A DNA stretch of 64,000 bases from NCBI GenBank assembly GCA_963716365.1, contig OY970307.1, forward strand, positions 2,655,492 to 2,719,491, given 5' to 3'. The stretch is from Candidatus Dormiibacterota bacterium. Its GTDB lineage: Bacteria > Chloroflexota > Dormibacteria > Aeolococcales > Aeolococcaceae. Shown here one piece after another: positions 52,814 through 62,279 of this stretch. How positions within the stretch are numbered: the first letter of the stretch is position 1; the number at the start of each line of letters is the position of its first letter. The notes below the pieces were generated by a model. The model did no database searches. It was given only the letters and a program-made list of their open reading frames with translations, and was not told the DNA's origin. Position numbers and translations under genes: made by a program.

Positions 52814-54388
52814 ATGGCCGCCGTAGAATCCACGATCGCCGTCATCGACATCGGGTCGAACTCAGCCCGGATCGCAGTGCTGCGACTGGATGCCGCCGGC
52901 CAACTCGACATCATCGCCGACGCTCGAACGTCGCTCCAGCTCGCTCGTCACATCAACTCGCGAGGCCGGCTGGAGGCCAGCGCGGTGACTGCCGCCACGG
53001 CGGCGGTTCGTGACTTCCGGGCAGTGGCGGCCGCCGCGGGCGCAGAACGCACTGTTGCCGTCGCCACAGCGGCGATCCGAACCGCGACCAACCGCGACAG
53101 CGTTCTTGCGCGACTCGAGGCGGACACCGGGCTCGCGATCAAGGTGATCGATGGTGAGGAGGAGGCGCGCTACGCGTTCCTCGGCGCTGTGCACGGCCTT
53201 CCGATCGACTCGGGCTACCTCATCGACGTCGGTGGCGGCAGCTTCGAGCTCGCGTACTTCGAGCGTCGTCGCGCGCTGCGCTGGTGGACGTTCGAGCTCG
53301 GCGCGCTCGTGGCCACCGATCAGTTCCTGCGGAGTGACCCACCCAAGGCGTCGGAGGTCGCCGATCTCCGCGATCACGTCGCGCGCACCCTGCGCGACGC
53401 AGGGGTCCCGGTGCTGCCCGAGGACGCCGGGATGGTCGGGACAGGCGGCACCGTCCGGAACCTCGCCAAGATCCACATGCGCTCGGTGGGACATCCCATC
53501 GCCCGCGTCGACGGTTACGTCCTGCAGCGCCGCGAGGTGCGCGACCTGACCTCGCGCCTCGCGAACCGCAATCTGACGTCGTTGCGCACCGTTCCGGGTC
53601 TCTCCACCGACAGGGCCAACTCGATCACCGGCGGCGCGCTGGTCGTCGCCGCGACCATGGACGCACTTGGAGCACGCACGCTGATGGTCTCCGGCCACGG
53701 CCTTCGAGAGGGGATCGCCCTTGCCGAGCTGCAGCTCGAGCTGCCGGAGGTCCATCAAGTGCGCCGAGGTTCGGTCGCGGCACTCGCCTCGCGTTTCGGC
53801 ACCTGGGACGCGGAACGGTCTCGTCGGCGTCAGGCGCTCGTCCGCGCCATCCTCGGCGTCGCCGACCCCACGATGAATGCCGAGATGCGCGAGGTGCTCG
53901 ACCATGCGACGACGCTCCTCGACGTGGGGCAGAGCATCAACTACTACGACCGCTGGAGCCATGCCGCTGGCGTCGTTGCCTCGGCCGACCTCCAGGGCTT
54001 CACCCATCGCGAGGTGGCGCTCATCGCCACCACGCTGGCCCGGCTCGGCAAGGGCCGGAGCAACCTGCCTCGCTACGCGCGCCTCTGTACTCGAGACGAC
54101 ATCAAGCGGATCGACCGCCTCTCGGTCGTCCTGGAGCTCGCCGACGAGCTCGACCGGCGCGTCAACGGCGGCGAGCAACCCACCGCCCGTCTCGACGAGC
54201 GCCGCAACCGGGTGGTGGTCACGACCGGCCTGCCCTATGCCTGGGAGCCGCTCGACCTCGTTCGGCGGTTCCGGACCCGGATGGGCCTGACCCTCAGCCT
54301 GCGTCCAGCAGAGACGGCGAGTGAGCGAACGAGAGGTGGAGAGCCTCAAGGTGCTCGATTGACTGGTAGAGGTCCTCGACGAGGGTGA
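52814..54388 (+). CDS. ppx: exopolyphosphatase / GppA family phosphatase
   Basis: IAVIDIGSNSARI, LIDVGGGSFEL and GTGGTVRNL (ASKHA fold), plus an HD-like C-domain. The last about 25 codons have low GC3 and overlap a minus-strand ORF. Confidence 0.8.
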   Translation: MAAVESTIAVIDIGSNSARIAVLRLDAAGQLDIIADARTSLQLARHINSRGRLEASAVTAATAAVRDFRAVAAAAGAERTVAVATAAIRTATNRDSVLARLEADTGLAIKVIDGEEEARYAFLGAVHGLPIDSGYLIDVGGGSFELAYFERRRALRWWTFELGALVATDQFLRSDPPKASEVADLRDHVARTLRDAGVPVLPEDAGMVGTGGTVRNLAKIHMRSVGHPIARVDGYVLQRREVRDLTSRLANRNLTSLRTVPGLSTDRANSITGGALVVAATMDALGARTLMVSGHGLREGIALAELQLELPEVHQVRRGSVAALASRFGTWDAERSRRRQALVRAILGVADPTMNAEMREVLDHATTLLDVGQSINYYDRWSHAAGVVASADLQGFTHREVALIATTLARLGKGRSNLPRYARLCTRDDIKRIDRLSVVLELADELDRRVNGGEQPTARLDERRNRVVVTTGLPYAWEPLDLVRRFRTRMGLTLSLRPAETASERTRGGEPQGARLTGRGPRRG

Positions 54389-54485
54389 TCAGGATGGGCG
54401 GTGCCTCGCACGCGAACATCAGGGCCTCGATCGTGGCCACCTGGCGGCGCAACCCATCAATGGTTGCCGTCCGATCCCACTGCAT
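54294..54485 (-). CDS. small hypothetical protein (63 aa), divergent from phoU
   Basis: The ATG at 54485 is preceded by GGGAG at 8 nt. GC3 is very high across 54361-54470, while the plus frames there carry stops. The product MQWDRTATIDGLRRQVATIEALMFACEAPPILITLVEDLYQSIEHLEALHLSFAH... is predicted helical. No family recognised. Confidence 0.4.
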   Translation of the reverse strand: MQWDRTATIDGLRRQVATIEALMFACEAPPILITLVEDLYQSIEHLEALHLSFAHSPSLLDAG

Positions 54486-54621
54486 CGCTTGCGCTCCCTG
54501 CACGCTTTCGAGTATGCGGCGGCCTTCGAGTGCAAAGCGATTGTGAAAGCGCTATGGGCCGGGGGAGATGTGATGGTGGTGGCGGTGTGACTGAGCCATG
54601 GGGCAACTACACTCTGATCAG

Positions 54622-55296
54622 ATGAGCGAGCCACTGCTTCACCCCCATCGAGCCACCCTCGTCGAGGAGCTGAGCCACCTCCGGCGCATCGTCGCGGACA
54701 TGGGCGAGCTGGTCGACGCGGCCATCACCCTGGCGACGAGCGGTCTCGCCGAGCGTGATGTGAGCATGTGTGCCCGGGTCATCGCGGACGACGCGCTGGT
54801 CAACGACAGGCAGCGCGAGCTGCGCGAGCTCTCGTTCTCGCTCATCGTCAATCAGAGCCCGCTGGCACGCGACCTGCGCGAGATCATCGGGCTGCTCAAC
54901 ATGTCCTCGGAGCTCGAGCGCATGGGCGATCACTGCGTCAGCATCGCGAAGCTCGCGCGCAACCTCGCCGACCTGCCGCCGCTCGAAACCTACGTCGACG
55001 TTCCCAAGATGGCCGCGTACTGCAGCGACCAGGTGCGCGGCATCCTCGCGGCGATGGTGTCGCGCGACGTGCTCCAGGCGCGGCGCATCGCTGCCGGCGA
55101 CGACCGGGTTGACCGCATCTACCACCGCCTTTTCGACGACCTCATCCAGATGATGACCGAGGACAACACCACTGTCTTCCGGGCCACCAACCTCGTGTTC
55201 ATCGCGCATCACCTCGAGCGCATCGCCGACCGGGTCACCAACATCGCCGAGGACCTGGTCTTTCTCGATTCCGGAGCGATCGAGGAACTCGGCTGA
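54622..55296 (+). CDS. phoU: phosphate signalling regulator PhoU
   Basis: Two PhoU repeats with SELERMGDHCVSIA and HHLERIADRVTNIAE. About 224 aa. Confidence 0.85.
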   Translation: MSEPLLHPHRATLVEELSHLRRIVADMGELVDAAITLATSGLAERDVSMCARVIADDALVNDRQRELRELSFSLIVNQSPLARDLREIIGLLNMSSELERMGDHCVSIAKLARNLADLPPLETYVDVPKMAAYCSDQVRGILAAMVSRDVLQARRIAAGDDRVDRIYHRLFDDLIQMMTEDNTTVFRATNLVFIAHHLERIADRVTNIAEDLVFLDSGAIEELG

Positions 55297-57393
55297 TGGC
55301 ACTCGCGGCGCCAGAGGACGGCGCGGACGCCGTCGCGCCGGCTCGCGATCACGCCGAGGAGCTGGACGGGCGCCACCGCTACATCAACCGCCATCTGAGC
55401 TGGCTCGACTACGACACGCGCGTCCTCGAGCTCGCCGAGGATGAGTCGCGTGTGCTCCTGGAGCGCGCGAAGTTCCTCGCCATCTCCAGCACCAATCTCG
55501 ACGAGTTCTTCCAGGTCCGGGTTGGTGGTCTCATCGAGCAACGGCGCGCCGGTGTCGCGGCCTTGAGCCCCGACGGCATGACTGTCGATGAACAGCTCAC
55601 CCAGATCCGCACCCGCGCGATAGACATCGCGGCACGTCAGATCCACGCGTTCCGGGACATCGTCGAGAAGCTCGCCGACGTCGGGCTGCGCTTCTCGAAC
55701 TACGGGTCGCTCGATCCTGAGGATCGCCAGTACGTCAACTCGGTCTTCGAGGACCGCATCTTCCCGGTGCTCACGCCGCTCGCCGTCGACCCGGCGCATC
55801 CCTTCCCGTATATCAGCGACCTCTCACTGAACCTCGCCGTCGTGGTCAGCGCACCGCGCAACGCCGAGCAGCGGATCGCGCGCGTCAAGGTACCGCCGTT
55901 GCTGCCGCGTTTCGTCGTCATGCCCGACGGCGAGCGGTTCGTGCCCGTCGAGCAGGTCATCGCGTCGCACCTCGATCGCCTCTTCCCGGGCATGCGAGTG
56001 GTCGGTCAGTACCCATTCCGGGTGACCCGCAACGCCGATCCCGCTCTCGAGGAGGAGGAGGCCGAGGACCTGCGCGCCGCGGTCCAGGAGTACCTGCGCC
56101 GCCGCCGCCGATCTCCCCAGGTCGTGCGCCTGGAGATCGACGAACTCGATGTCGGAAGAGGTCAAGCGCCTTCTGATGCGCGAGCTCGAGCTCGGCGAGG
56201 AGGACGTGTACACGGTGGCGGGGCCGCTCGATCTCAGCGGGCTCTGGGGCCTTTACGAGCTGAACCGGTCGGACCTGAAGGAGCGCCTCCCCGCGCCGGT
56301 GATCCCGCTGGCACTCACGCTCCCGCCGGGCGAAGAGGGCGAGATCGACATCTTCAAGGTGATCGACTCCGGTGACGTGCTCGTGCAGCATCCCTACGAG
56401 TCGTTCGCGAGCAGCGTCGAGGCGTTCATCGACCAGGCGGTCAATGATCCCGACGTCCTCGCCATCAAACAGACGCTGTACCGGACCTCTCCCGACAGTC
56501 CCATCGTCCGCTCCCTGATCCGCGCCGCCGAGACGGGCAAGCAGGTCGTGGCCCTGGTCGAGCTGACCGCGCGCTTCGACGAGCAGCAGAACATCACCTG
56601 GGCCGAGGAGCTCGAGAAGGCGGGCGTGCACGTCGTCTACGGCGTCGTCGGTCTCAAGACGCACGCCAAGGCGACGCTCGTGGTTCGCCGGACTGACGGC
56701 GGCATCCGCCGCTACTGCCACATGGGCACCGGCAACTACAACTCGCAGACCGCACGCCTCTACGAGGACATCGGGCTGCTCACCGCGAATGTCGAGATCG
56801 GCGAGGACCTCACCGACCTCTTCAACTACCTGACCGGCTACAGCCGCCAGCGCCAGTACCGCCGCCTCCTCGTCGCCCCGGTGACGCTGCGCAGCGGCAT
56901 CGTCGAGCTGATCCGGACCCAGACACACAGCGAGGGCCGGATCATCATCAAGTGCAACCACCTGATCGACCCCGAGGTCATCGAGGCGCTGTACGCAGCG
57001 TCGTGCGCCGGAGCCCGCGTCGATCTCATCGTGCGCAGCTCTTGCGGGGTGCGCCCGGGAATCGCCGGCATGTCGGAGAACATCTGGGTGCGCTCGCTCT
57101 GCGGTCGCTACCTCGAGCACTCGCGTCTGTATCACTTCGGCCCTGACCGCTGGTACATCGGCTCGGCGGACCTCATGGGCCGCAACCTCGACGGTCGCAT
57201 CGAGACAGTGGTGCCCGTGAACGACCCCCGGCTGCAGGCGCGCCTCGCCGAGATCGTCGATGTGCTGCTTGCTGATGACGTGCTCGCATCCGAGTTGCAC
57301 GCCGACGGCTCGTGGCACAACGTCCCCCGGGTGCGCGGGCTCGATGCGCAGGCAGAGCTCCACAGGCTCGCTGTCGAGCGCGTCAGTCGGTGA
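55296..57393 (+). pseudogene. ppk: polyphosphate kinase 1, frame broken near 56135-56150
   Basis: The N-terminal RYINRHLSWLDYDTRVLELAED...STNLDEFFQVRV...VVRLEIDEL is in frame 0. MSEEVKRLL...DVYTVAGPLDL...HMGTGNYN...HSRLYHF is in frame 1. The joined length of about 699 aa is normal for PPK1. Confidence 0.85.
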
Positions 57394-58895
57394 TCGTTGC
57401 GGGCGAGTCCCCGCACGCTCGCGTGCTCCGGCTCGAAGTGCCGATCACCTTCTCACAGGCCCCGCTCGAGAACGTGGACCCGTCCGCGGTGGTCGTCGCC
57501 GAGCCGCCTCGCCGGGCGCGCACGACTCACTGGGACACCGCCGACCTTCGCCTCGCTCGATGGGGGGTCGCCCTCGAGCACGCCGCTGACACGGGCTGGG
57601 TCCTCCGCCTGCCCGGGACCGCCGAGGGCATGACCGCCGGCGGCGGCGCCGAGCTGCGCTTCGCCGGCACTCCTGACGGCCCACCTGAGGAGGCGATCAG
57701 CCTGGTGCGTGTCTACGCTCGGCACGCTCCCGTCGAGCTCGTCGCGCGGCTCGTCACGGTGACCGGCGAGACGGTCCTCCTCGACGGCGACGGGCACCAG
57801 CTTGCGCATGCAGTGGACGCGACGGTGTCGGTGTATTCCGGGCCGAGGATCACGCAACGATTTCGCGAGATCGATCTCACCGCGGACAGCGATGCGCTCC
57901 TCGACCTGCTGGCGGCGCGCTGTCAGGCGGCCGGTGCGCAGCCCGCGGCGCCTCGCGCGCTCGTGGCGCGTGCGCTCGGCCTCGTCGGGTCACCGCCGCC
58001 CGAGCTCGCGCCGGTCTCGCTCGACGCGGCCTCCAGCGCAGGCGATGTGGTGCGCCGGGCGCTGAGCACGTCAGTGATCCGCCTCCTTCGCCACGACCCC
58101 GGCGTGCGCCTCGGCATCGATGCCGAGGACGTGCATCAGGCTCGCGTCGCAACGCGACGCCTGCGCAGCGACCTGCGCACGTTCCAGCCACTGCTCGACC
58201 GCGAATGGGTCAATGCGCTCCGCGATGAGTTGCGCTGGCTTGGCGCCGAGCTCGGAAGCGTTCGCGATGCCGAGGTGCTCCGCGATCGGCTCCGCGCCGC
58301 GGCGGCGACGCTCCCGGCCGTCGACCGGCGGGCGGCGTCGGCGGTGGTCGCTCCGCTCGTCGCCCAGGTGCGATCTGCACGGCGCCGCCTGCTCCAGGCG
58401 ATCGACACGGACCACTATTTCGAGGTGATCGACCACCTGGTCGCTGCTGCCCGTGCCCCCGCGCTCACCGCTGAGGCAGCTGCTCCGGCGCGCGAGGTGC
58501 TCCCCGCGCTGGTCCGGCGGCCGTGGCGGTCGCTGCGCTCAGGCGCGATCGCATGCCGAGGGGATGTCCCGGACGAACAGCTCCACGACCTGCGCATCCG
58601 AGCAAAGCGCTGCCGGTACGCTGCCGAGGCGGCCGCAGCTGCGACCGGTAAGCGGGCTGCCGCGTTCGCCAAGGAGGTTGCCGCGCTTCAGGAGGTGCTC
58701 GGTGAGCTGCACGACGCTGTCGTGGCCGAGGAGTGGCTCCGTGAGCGCTCGCAGGCGCCGAGGATCCACGACACCGCGCTCTTCGCGACCGGCGAGCTCG
58801 TCGCGCTGCAGCGCGACGCGGCAGAGCAATCCCGTTCAGGATGGCAAGCGGTATGGCGGCGCGTCGAAAATAGGTGGACTGATGCCTGGAAGTGA
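57390..58895 (+). CDS. CYTH (triphosphate tunnel) + CHAD domain protein
   Basis: The GTG at 57390 overlaps the ppk stop (GTGA). An N-terminal CYTH-like beta-strand region is followed by CHAD motifs VHQARVATRRLRSDLRTF, LGSVRDAEVL and LHDLRIRAKRCRYAAE. Confidence 0.7.
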   Translation: MIVAGESPHARVLRLEVPITFSQAPLENVDPSAVVVAEPPRRARTTHWDTADLRLARWGVALEHAADTGWVLRLPGTAEGMTAGGGAELRFAGTPDGPPEEAISLVRVYARHAPVELVARLVTVTGETVLLDGDGHQLAHAVDATVSVYSGPRITQRFREIDLTADSDALLDLLAARCQAAGAQPAAPRALVARALGLVGSPPPELAPVSLDAASSAGDVVRRALSTSVIRLLRHDPGVRLGIDAEDVHQARVATRRLRSDLRTFQPLLDREWVNALRDELRWLGAELGSVRDAEVLRDRLRAAAATLPAVDRRAASAVVAPLVAQVRSARRRLLQAIDTDHYFEVIDHLVAAARAPALTAEAAAPAREVLPALVRRPWRSLRSGAIACRGDVPDEQLHDLRIRAKRCRYAAEAAAAATGKRAAAFAKEVAALQEVLGELHDAVVAEEWLRERSQAPRIHDTALFATGELVALQRDAAEQSRSGWQAVWRRVENRWTDAWK

Positions 58896-59349
58896 GTCGA
58901 CGAGCTTTCTGATCCGCCACGCCAAGGCAGGCTCGCGGGAGCGCTGGACCTCGCCGGATCGTGAGCGACCGTTGACAGACGCGGGGAGGGAGCAGGCGAC
59001 GGCGCTCATCAACTTGATCGGTTCCGGCGTTCGAAGCGTCCGATCGAGCCCCTATCTGCGCTGCATGGAGACGGTCGATCCGCTCGCGAAGGCGCTGGGC
59101 CTGCTGGTCGAGGAGGAGAGCCGGCTCGCGGAGGGCGCAGGTCCGGAGTGGGCGATGGGCGAGCTTGCGGTGTCGGCAGGATCCGTCCTCTGCACACATG
59201 GAGACGTGATGGCCGAGTTGATCAGCATCCTCAGCGAGCAGCGGCTCCCGATGAAAGGCGGCCTCCAGTGGGCGAAGGCCGGGACGTGGGCGTTCGAGAT
59301 CTCCAGCGGGAGGATCGTCGCCGGTCGCTACCTGCCCCCGCCGGTCTGA
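58882..59349 (+). CDS. histidine phosphatase superfamily protein (SixA-like)
   Basis: FLIRHAKAG (RHG motif variant), RPLTDAGREQA and CTHGDVM. About 155 aa. Confidence 0.65.
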   Translation: MPGSESTSFLIRHAKAGSRERWTSPDRERPLTDAGREQATALINLIGSGVRSVRSSPYLRCMETVDPLAKALGLLVEEESRLAEGAGPEWAMGELAVSAGSVLCTHGDVMAELISILSEQRLPMKGGLQWAKAGTWAFEISSGRIVAGRYLPPPV

Positions 59350-60071
59350 GCCGCGGCTCGTCCGCGGAGCGTCGCGACAGCGATCAGCGCGCCGATGAGG
59401 TAGATCGCCGCGATCGGCAGGAGCGAGAGGATGTCGGCCGGCCAGTGGACGCCAAGTCCTTCGGCCGCCCAGAACGTTCCGAGGCTGGTGAGCGCGATGC
59501 CAACCACGAACTTGAGCGTGTTCTCGGGGATCAGCGCCAGCGGCCGCCGGAGCACGAACCCCGCCACCGCCACGAGCAGCACTGCGATCGCGGCGCCGAG
59601 GGCTGCCGGCGCGATCGACGGGCCGCCGGCGCCGGCGGCAAACACGATGAACGCCACCTCGAACCCTTCGAGCAGCACGCCCTGGAATGACGTTGCCAGG
59701 CCGAGGCGGTCAAGGCCTTGGCGTTTGTCGGTTGCGAGCCGCTGACGCTCGGACGCAAATTTCCGATCCTCGTCATGCATCGCCTTGAGGCCCGCTGCGC
59801 GGAGCACCGCCTTGCGCAGCCAGCTCACGCCGAGCGCGAGGATGAGCACGCCGATCACGAGCTCGAAGAGCTGGCGCGGAACATGCGTCAGCACGGTCGC
59901 TCCCAGGAGACCGACAGCGGCGGCGAGCACGATGAGCGCGGCAGCTGCACCGAGGAGGGAGGTCCGCCAACCACGCGTGAGACCGACCGCGAGCACGACT
60001 GTCAGCGCCTCGACGGCCTCCACGGCCGCTCCGGCAAATGCCGTCAGGAAGACGACCACGTCGCGACCCAT
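59328..60071 (-). CDS. integral membrane protein (COG4280-like)
   Basis: Two homologous halves, each with an acidic helix (AAVEAVEALTVVLAVG; LLEGFEVAFIVFA), and 6 TM helices. The ATG at 60071 shares one base with the upstream stop. Confidence 0.5.
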   Translation of the reverse strand: MGRDVVVFLTAFAGAAVEAVEALTVVLAVGLTRGWRTSLLGAAAALIVLAAAVGLLGATVLTHVPRQLFELVIGVLILALGVSWLRKAVLRAAGLKAMHDEDRKFASERQRLATDKRQGLDRLGLATSFQGVLLEGFEVAFIVFAAGAGGPSIAPAALGAAIAVLLVAVAGFVLRRPLALIPENTLKFVVGIALTSLGTFWAAEGLGVHWPADILSLLPIAAIYLIGALIAVATLRGRAAAQTGGGR

Positions 60072-60976
60072 CAGCGCCCGCCGGGAATTCCCGCCGCATC
60101 GCCGGCGACCCGTATGAGCACGCTCGTCCAGGTCCGGAACGGTCGCCACACGGACGCGATGCGCTCCAGCTCCTCAGCAGTCGCAGGCCCGGGCAGGCCG
60201 TAAAAATGCGCGACGTACGCGGGCATATGGGGCTCGTTCAGTGTGAGGATGTCGGTAGCGCCGGTCGACCGCAGCAGGATCAGGCCTGCGTACATCGGTC
60301 CGATCCCCGGGAGGCGCTGCAGCGAGGTCAGCGCCTCCTCCGTCGTCATGCCGAGCAGACGAGACGGATCGAGGTCACCCTCGAGCGCAGCCCGCGCGAC
60401 GCCGTGGAGACGCTCCATCCGGGGCGGCTCGATCGACGGAAACGCCTCGACGCGGAGCAGCGCCTCCGGAAGTGGGAACGCCTCGAGGTCGCCTGTCGGG
60501 AGCTTGAACACATGCCCGTGCGCCGCGGACAGACGTCTGCGGAGTGCCGTCGCCTGGACGCGATGACGCCGCTGGCTCAGGACCGACCATGCCGCCCCTT
60601 CGTAGGGGGAATGGAAGAGCACCGGCCGGAGACCCAGGTGCGCCGTCTGGAGGCGCCCGATCACAGGGTCGCGAGCGCCGACCTCCGCGAATGCAAGCCC
60701 CGACTGGTCGAGCGACAGCACGCGCCGCACCTGAGCGTCCATCAGCGCTGGATCCGCGTCGCCGAAGAGTTGGACGCGCAGGTCGTCGCCAGAGGCATGG
60801 GTGACGATTGCGGCAGCGTGGTGCTGCAGGTCGTCGGCGACGAACGCGAGCGACATCGAATCGCCGTCGGGCTTCGGCCGGCCGGTGTTCGGCCCGAAAC
60901 CGAAAGCCGCTGCTGCCGCAAGGGAAAACGGCCCCTCGGGCGTGATCGTGATCTCGCTGCTCGGCGCGTCAGCCAC
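60071..60976 (-). CDS. DNA-3-methyladenine glycosylase II-like (HhH-GPD superfamily)
   Basis: Helix-hairpin-helix LQRLPGIGPMYAGLILLRSTG followed by the catalytic Asp region. N-terminal AlkA_N-like domain. 301 aa. Confidence 0.7.
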   Translation of the reverse strand: MADAPSSEITITPEGPFSLAAAAAFGFGPNTGRPKPDGDSMSLAFVADDLQHHAAAIVTHASGDDLRVQLFGDADPALMDAQVRRVLSLDQSGLAFAEVGARDPVIGRLQTAHLGLRPVLFHSPYEGAAWSVLSQRRHRVQATALRRRLSAAHGHVFKLPTGDLEAFPLPEALLRVEAFPSIEPPRMERLHGVARAALEGDLDPSRLLGMTTEEALTSLQRLPGIGPMYAGLILLRSTGATDILTLNEPHMPAYVAHFYGLPGPATAEELERIASVWRPFRTWTSVLIRVAGDAAGIPGGR

Positions 60977-60989
60977 GGTTCTGCCTGGC

Positions 60990-61211
60990 TTAGCGGAGAC
61001 GGACGATCAGGTTGATGACGACGGTGAGCACCACGCTGACCACGATGCAGAACAGCACCGGGAAGAAGAACGAGAAATTGCCGTTGCTGACCGAGATGCT
61101 TCCCGGCACTTGGGTCACACCGGCTCTGGTCAGGAGCAGGATCACGCCGCCGAGCACGGCGATCACCGCACCGGCGATCAGGAGGAGCTTGCCGATGTCT
61201 CCGAATGCCAT
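60990..61211 (-). CDS. DUF2905 small membrane protein
   Basis: 73 aa. MAFGDIGKLLLIAGAVIAVLGGVILLL...PGSISVSNGNFSFFFPV...INLIVRL is typical of the DUF2905 layout. Confidence 0.65.
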   Translation of the reverse strand: MAFGDIGKLLLIAGAVIAVLGGVILLLTRAGVTQVPGSISVSNGNFSFFFPVLFCIVVSVVLTVVINLIVRLR

Positions 61212-61257
61212 GAGACCACTCTAAGGTAGAGTCCGCCGAACGCATCCACTTCAAGCA

Positions 61258-61270
61258 GGTCCGAGAGGCC
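61258..61270 (+). promoter_or_regulatory. candidate PyrR-binding loop in the pyrB leader
   Basis: GGUCCGAGAGGCC resembles the PyrR binding-loop consensus (ARUCCAGAGAGGYU) with one base missing. It lies 70 nt upstream of the pyrB ATG. A GC-rich hairpin (61282-61288 / 61311-61317) follows, then GGAGGA. Confidence 0.45.
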
Positions 61271-61339
61271 GGCAAGGGATCGCGGCGCCGCCGCGCGGCT
61301 GCCCCGGCCTGCGCCGCTCGGGCTGGAGGACATGACGCG

Positions 61340-62269
61340 ATGACAGTCGAGACGGCGCCGAAGCGGGCTCTCGGCAACGTCATCAGCAGCGAGCAGTTCG
61401 ACCGAACGCTCCTCGACCACCTCTTCGAACGAGCGTCCGCGCTTGCCGGCGTCCGCGACGACCGCCTCGCGCATCGCATCATGGCGACGCTCTTCTACGA
61501 GCCGAGCACCCGGACAAGGCTCAGCTTCGAATCCGCGATGCTCCGCCTCGGTGGCGCGGTGCTCGGGACCGAGGCAGCGCGGACCTTTTCGAGTGCCATC
61601 AAGGGCGAGACGCTCGAGGACACCATCCGCATGGTTTCGACGTACGCCGATGTGATCGTGTTGCGCCATGATGAGGAGGGCGCGGCGGCGCGCGCGGCGG
61701 CCGTTGCGTCGGTGCCGGTGGTGAACGCCGGTGACGGTCCGGGCGAACATCCGACGCAGGCGCTCCTCGACCTGTACACGATCGAGCGCGAGCTCGGACA
61801 CGTCGAGGGCGTGCAGATCGCGTTCTGTGGCGACCTCCGCTTCGGCCGCACGGCGCGCTCGCTCGCGCTGCTGATGGCGCTGTATCCGGGCGTGGGCATG
61901 ACGTTCGTCGCGCCCGACGTGGTGCAGGTGCGACGCGACATCCTCGACCGGCTCGAGGCGCGCGGCATCACGTGCCGGCTCGCCGACCAGCTCACCGACG
62001 CGCTCGACGGCGTCGACGTCGTCTACCAGACCCGCGTGCAGAAGGAGCGATTCACGGACCCTGCGGAGTACGAGCTTGCGAGGTCCGCGATCCGCATCGA
62101 CGCTGCGTTGATGGAGCAGCTGCCGGCCACGGCGATCGTCATGCATCCCCTGCCGCGCGTCGACGAGATCGCGCCCGAGGTCGACGCCGATCCGCGCGCC
62201 GCGTACTTCCGCCAGGCAGCCAACGGCGTCGCCATCCGTATGGCGCTGCTCGAGATGCTGCTCGGATGA
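61340..62269 (+). CDS. pyrB: aspartate carbamoyltransferase catalytic subunit
   Basis: FYEPSTRTRLSFE, HPTQALLD and HPLPRVDEI. 309 aa. Confidence 0.95.
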   Translation: MTVETAPKRALGNVISSEQFDRTLLDHLFERASALAGVRDDRLAHRIMATLFYEPSTRTRLSFESAMLRLGGAVLGTEAARTFSSAIKGETLEDTIRMVSTYADVIVLRHDEEGAAARAAAVASVPVVNAGDGPGEHPTQALLDLYTIERELGHVEGVQIAFCGDLRFGRTARSLALLMALYPGVGMTFVAPDVVQVRRDILDRLEARGITCRLADQLTDALDGVDVVYQTRVQKERFTDPAEYELARSAIRIDAALMEQLPATAIVMHPLPRVDEIAPEVDADPRAAYFRQAANGVAIRMALLEMLLG

Positions 62270-62279
62270 GGGAACTGCC

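Noticed and set aside
55957-57363. 468-aa minus-strand ORF over ppk1 (and likewise 61178-62590 and 62747-63943 over pyrB/pyrR/pyrC).
   Set aside because: These are antisense shadows of strongly conserved plus-strand genes.
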